DNA of 62,155 nucleotides, filler included, from Globobulimina sp. (lineage: Eukaryota): assembly GCA_003354225.1 (NCBI GenBank). It is 21 parts of 21 records of this genome, joined end to end, with 100 filler letters (N's around TTAATTAATTAA, not from the genome) between each part and the next. Parts side by side here need not be neighbours in the genome. Positions count along the whole stretch, not along the records: positions 56,331 to 59,193 come from PIVH01004584.1; positions 59,294 to 62,155 come from PIVH01004585.1; 19 more parts are not named here. One strand, given 5' to 3'. A model generated the notes under the pieces. It had not been told where the DNA came from, did no database searches, and saw nothing but the letters and a program-made list of their open reading frames with translations. Within the stretch, counting starts at the first letter, position 1, and every line of letters starts with the position of its first letter. Of this stretch, positions 57,510 through 62,155 are shown one piece after another. Both the position numbers and the translations under genes were made by a program.

Positions 57510-57805
57510 GTTTGCGGATTTGAAGCACTTGACTCAGCTAAAAAAATCTTAGTTTCACTAAAAAACATTAATATCTAAAATGAAATCAGCCCTCGATATT
57601 ACTTAATATGGGTAAAATACTATTTTCAACCCAATTTGTACATGTTTATGGTCTCAAATGTCAAATCATCGATTCCAAAGCTTTTCTGAAGTGGGCAAGG
57701 ATTTTCGAGACAAAACACTAAATTATAAAATAGCAAACATAACAGTTATTTAATAGTTTTAATTGGCAACATGGGTTTAAACCCTTTGAGCGGAAGTATT
57801 TGAAA

Positions 57806-58459
57806 TTAAACATTTGAAGCATTTGCTTGAGGATAATATTCGCGACTGATACGATTACAGACATGAAGCGATGTGATTAATAATGCTGCAATACACATAA
57901 ATAATGCGGTCCACATTAAATATAACGAGGGGCCCGGAGAAGTATCAAAATTTGCTTCTAAAAATATCTCATTATATTGCTCCACATCCTCACATTTATC
58001 ATTAAGCCACCAATAAAAAACCGCACCACAAACACAGCCAGACCCAATAAGTAAAGATATTAAATATAGCCAACTATCCTTACCACCATATTGTTTGCTT
58101 AAAATAATAGGGATTGACGCAGCCAATGTGAATAAGCCAAAAAGTGACGCTGCCAACCATATCCTGCCATTGGTGGCACTTCGGCTACAAAACTCGTCAT
58201 CAATGACCTCGTCTTCCTTTGAACAGTAATCGCCGTCATACTCATATTGCTCTGAATACCCATCTACATTCAAGCGGAATGTTTTCCAGCCACAATCATA
58301 ATCCACCTCAGTAACTCCATCCCAGTCTGCATTGGAAAATTCGATATCGCCGTCTGACATTTCGTCAACACTTAATGCACAAATTATGAATATTATGGCC
58401 AGTGAAACAAATGCAATTTGTAATACTATTTATTATATGCAACATAATGTGCATCGCAT
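57806..58459 (-). pseudogene. Claudin/amastin-like four-TM protein with a tandem in-frame TAA TAA near the start
   Basis: The ATG at 58459 is in frame with the listed ORF and supplies TM1 (IVLQIAFVSLAIIFIICALS). Codons 9-10 are TAA TAA. Loop 1 has a CGW motif and a Cys pair. Confidence 0.6.
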
Positions 58460-58702
58460 TTGAATTGATACAAAACGAGAATAAAATACTAAACTTGGTA
58501 ATTTTGTATTGATATTTGCTGGAACTAACATCATATACGTGTCTGGATCATCTGGTTGTATATTTACTTGTGGTTTATATTTTGGCATTTTAGGCATTCT
58601 AACATACTGTTGATGTATGGTTGAAACCAGAAAAAAGAACCATGATGATCGGACTAGTGCTTTGAGAACTTGATGTTTTGAACTACGTTTTGAGCACTGC
58701 TT

Positions 58703-58923
58703 CGTGCCAAATGTAAGCTAGGCACCAACCCGTGCCAAATGTAGGCTCAGCACCAATCCGTGCCAAATGTAGGCTCGGCACCAAGCCGTGCCAAATGTAG
58801 GCTCGGCACCAAGCCGTGCCAAATGTAGGCTCAGCACCAATCCGTGCCAAATGTAGGCTCAGCACCAACCCGTGCCAAATGTAGGCTCAGCACCAATCCG
58901 TGCCAAATGTAGGCTCGGCACCA
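58703..58923. repeat. 28-bp minisatellite, eight copies
   Basis: Unit CGTGCCAAATGTAGGCTCRGCACCAANC starts at 58703, 58731, 58759, 58787, 58815, 58843, 58871 and 58899. Confidence 0.97.
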
Positions 58924-59630
58924 TAAGCACAGATCGATAATCTGTGTGCCAATGTTTTTATGCTTCTTCAACCTATGAGCAGGCTCATCCTGCTCTCGAC
59001 TCAATTTCTTATTATTTCAGCTGTGAAACAAACATTTCTGTTTGATAATGATAAATATACAAAAATGCAAACACAAAACAAAACAAAATAAAAAAGAACT
59101 CTCTCTCTTTTCTTCATTCTCATTCACATTATTTTACAATACATAACATTTTGAATTCGTATCCGGATCCATACAATCTTGAATAATTAACTGNNNNNNN
59201 NNNNNNNNNNNNNNNNNNNNNNNNNNNNNNNNNNNNNTTAATTAATTAANNNNNNNNNNNNNNNNNNNNNNNNNNNNNNNNNNNNNNNNNNNNGCAAGAA
59301 AGTATATTTATCAATATGTTCCACGTTCTGTTTGGATGATTTTGAGCAAACTGACAAAAAACAACATATTTAGAAAGTGTAAATGTAGAAAACATAAGTT
59401 TGATGGCACATAAATTAAATGAGAGATCGGTGGCGTGTTCCACCGCACCAAAAACATATTTTAAAAGAGAGATTATGGACGTTGCCATATCTTCTTTCGA
59501 TAGAAACGTCATTATTTGATTCATTCATTTGCTGTTTTTCTTATCACAAAAACACACAAAAACCTAATATTTATGATTGCCACATAAAAACACTTTTTAT
59601 ATATATACATGAAATTTAGTAATTAACAGA

Positions 59631-60894
59631 TTATGTCAATTCAATTTGATCTGTTGGACTTTGTGGATTTGATTGTGGCGTCATTGGAGTTGCAAAATCA
59701 TTATTATCGCCTTGTTTCAATTCATTATCAGACATTGATTGTACTTTTTGCAATTCCGGTGTAGAAATTTCCCGTGTTGTTGATGCAATTTTTGAACTTA
59801 AATCAATTTCACCATTTACATATTCCATTACTTGCTGTTCGCCCATTTTATGTTTAGTTTTATCACAATTCTTCAAGCACATTAAAATAAAACATTTACA
59901 TATTTTTTTATAATTTTTCTCATTATATTTAAACATCAAACCTATGCACATACAATTAATAAATAAATCTAAATATAAAAACATTGCACCAAATCCCAAT
60001 TTATAGCCAGTTCGAACCATAACAATCCATAACATCCAACATCCGATCGTTGATATCGAACCACTGCGTATTTTACATTCACACATATCATATTAATTAC
60101 ATATATCAACAATAAATTACATACGTTATTGATAGAATCGTGTTTTTTATAATCAATTTTTTGAACCGAAGCTTTATCCTTTCACTATAGCTATCTTCCG
60201 TTTTTGATAATAACTTCTTCAGTTTGCTGCTAAATAGCACACCAAATATTATATTGGCCGCAGCAACCCACAAAATGCCAATCACAACAATCAAATTGGT
60301 GGCAGCCCCAAGTTGCCCGAAACAGAACGAGAAGGCAGATTCATCTGTGTATAAACCTGGAAAATCCATTGGTTTCCATAAACATACGCATGTCGTGCTA
60401 TTTTTATTGGAGATAAAGAAGAGAATCGGGACAATAATTAAAGGAAACAATATGAATGATGATAGAATATACTTTGACCGACTGCTCAATGATAAGTAAG
60501 AACCTTTGAATGATAATTCTAATCTTAGCAGCACTTGATACAAATACAGACCATAATAAATAATGGGCACAATTTGCGGCGAATAAGCGGCTATATCACA
60601 ACCAATGTTACCCCGTAATATTGAAGTAAACGGATCAATAACGAATCCTAAAAAATCAATAAATGTCCAAAATAAACCAACTATTTGTAATAAAAAAAAC
60701 AATACTCTCAATTTCATTGAAATGTTTTGATATTGAGGCTCATTTCTTTGTATGTACTCATGATATATTGTGTGGATAAGTAATATCAACTGCAAAATGA
60801 TGAACACTGGCATCATAAAACCAAATTCTAAAAATGCTGCGTTGAATAGGACGACTTCATTATTACTTCTCGAGCAATATGGGACAGCACTCAT
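59631..60894 (-). CDS. Seven-transmembrane GPCR-like protein, two exons
   Basis: Seven hydrophobic helices, a Cys at the start of TM3 (IGCDI), LLRLELSF after TM3, an intron at 60123-60065 and an S/T/P-rich tail. Confidence 0.7.
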
Positions 60895-61016
60895 GATTCT
60901 CTCTATATGTTTTTACTCACTACTGTATAGTTTTTGATTTCCTCATCATTTCGATACATAGTAATTATTGCTTACAAATATTGTGAGAATAATAATACGT
61001 ATCAAAAGACTAACAT

Positions 61017-61971
61017 ATGAGTGTGACTGAGCCAATTTTCAGTGAATTACAATTTAAGATGCAATACAAAGATTAAAATATCCAACTAAATATTACCAGT
61101 ATTTGCTAAAAAATGGTGTTGATTGTTTTGAAACTCTGCAATTAATTATTGATCAAAATCGGACTGAATCATTGTCAGAAATTCCATTTGGTCATTGGCT
61201 AATGATTAAAAAACATATTTATTCTTTTCAAAATAAACAGAATAATTCGAAACAAAAGAAATTAAAGAAAAATAAGTTGAAGAAAAGATATAATTATCAA
61301 CAATCAAATATTAGTTAAAACCGAAAAAATTAAAAAAAATATCAGGCTCAAAAAATAAAAAGAAGCTATCATATTATTCAAATTTAAATGGACGACGATG
61401 GACTGCAACGGAAGAATGTAAATTAATTAAATTAGTTCGAGGATGTTTAGAAAATAATAATATAAACGCTGTAAATTGGAATAATTTATTATATAAATTT
61501 GATAAGCGATCAGCTGCTGCGTTGCAAACAAAATATAGAAAATTAAATAAAAAAGAAAAAAGAAAAACTGTTCCCACATTATTCCAAAATGAAAATGCGA
61601 ATGGAAATGAAGAAAATGATGACAATGATGTTGAAATGTTATTAGATGATAATGATCAGATTGATAAAAATAAAAAACGTGCAATTTGTATAAAATGTCC
61701 ATTTACAAAGAACGTAATGATATTTCCATGGAGATCAAAAATCTGTGGACATTCATTTGAAAAAATTGATATTATCAATTATTTAAAACAACAAAAAGAA
61801 CGTAAAAAAGGAACAATTAAATGTCCGCTCATTGGATGTAGCAAAATAATGAAAGAAAATGAGTTTTGCCATGATTTGTTCATTCAAAATGAAATTAATA
61901 AATTTAATGCGAACAATAATAATAATAATAATAACAGACCGATATCATTTTCTGCAAACAAGTGTTTTTAA
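61017..61971 (+). pseudogene. SAM-like, Myb/SANT and SP-RING (Nse2/Mms21-type) protein gene with two frameshifts
   Basis: SAM-like KYYQYLLKNGVD...IPFGHWLMI; Myb RRWTATEECKL...WNN...RSAAALQTKY; SP-RING CPFT...P...CGHSFEK...CPLIGC. Frame breaks near 61053 and 61315. Confidence 0.7.
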
Positions 61972-62155
61972 ATATTATTCAATTGTGTTGTTTTGCAGCT
62001 TTTTATGACCAATCAATATTTGAATTGAAATAACTTGATTTAAAATGCTATTCATAATGTTCCCATATTTGAACTTGTTACCAAGCATATTATCTAAGGC
62101 AAAAGCATTGATTCTGCGAATTTTTAGAATGCTGCTTTTAATATTCTATTTTTTT

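Noticed and set aside
5182-58435. Genome-wide reassignment of TAA to an amino acid (ciliate-type code)
   Set aside because: AT-rich ORFs of 400-900 codons contain no internal TAA, and many genes clearly end at TAA (e.g. 19281, 43110, 46302).
58703-58923. CRISPR array
   Set aside because: The units are directly adjacent with no unique spacers, no cas genes are nearby, and the context is eukaryotic.
2870-59293. Regularly spaced TTAATTAATTAA motif every ~2.96 kb, and ORFs ending in X-runs or LIN
   Set aside because: Artificial stop-codon linkers inside N padding that join length-sorted contigs. Not biological.
1-62155. A gene cluster or defence island combining the DYW, RelA/SpoT-like, RNF213-like and ART genes
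   Set aside because: These genes lie on different contigs ordered only by length, so no linkage can be inferred.

Overview
This window is not one locus. It is 21 unrelated contigs of 2862-2869 bp, sorted by length and joined by artificial 100-bp linkers (N44-TTAATTAATTAA-N44), so adjacency across linkers means nothing. Most contigs come from an AT-rich eukaryote using the standard code, with short GT-AG introns that are often A-rich at the 3' end. The gene families suggest a foraminiferan or other rhizarian protist (inference). One contig is bacterial (DUF2889-like protein plus a class III adenylate cyclase). Mobile DNA includes a self-circularising LINE fragment, a DIRS/Ngaro-type tyrosine-recombinase retroelement, a Gag-like ORF and MITE-like inverted repeats. 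The best novelty candidate is 8994-11559. Once introns are spliced and a few 1-nt indels are bridged, it encodes a single-pass receptor: signal peptide, Cys-rich ectodomain, Thr stalk, TM helix, RelA/SpoT-like nucleotidyltransferase and SAM domain. Also notable are a plant-type PPR-E-DYW deaminase, an RNF213-like RZ-finger protein, an R-S-E ADP-ribosyltransferase-like family, an inverted pair of tRNA-derived elements, and recurring in-frame TAA codons or short AT-only insertions in otherwise intact genes. All domain calls come from reading motifs by eye; no database searches were run.
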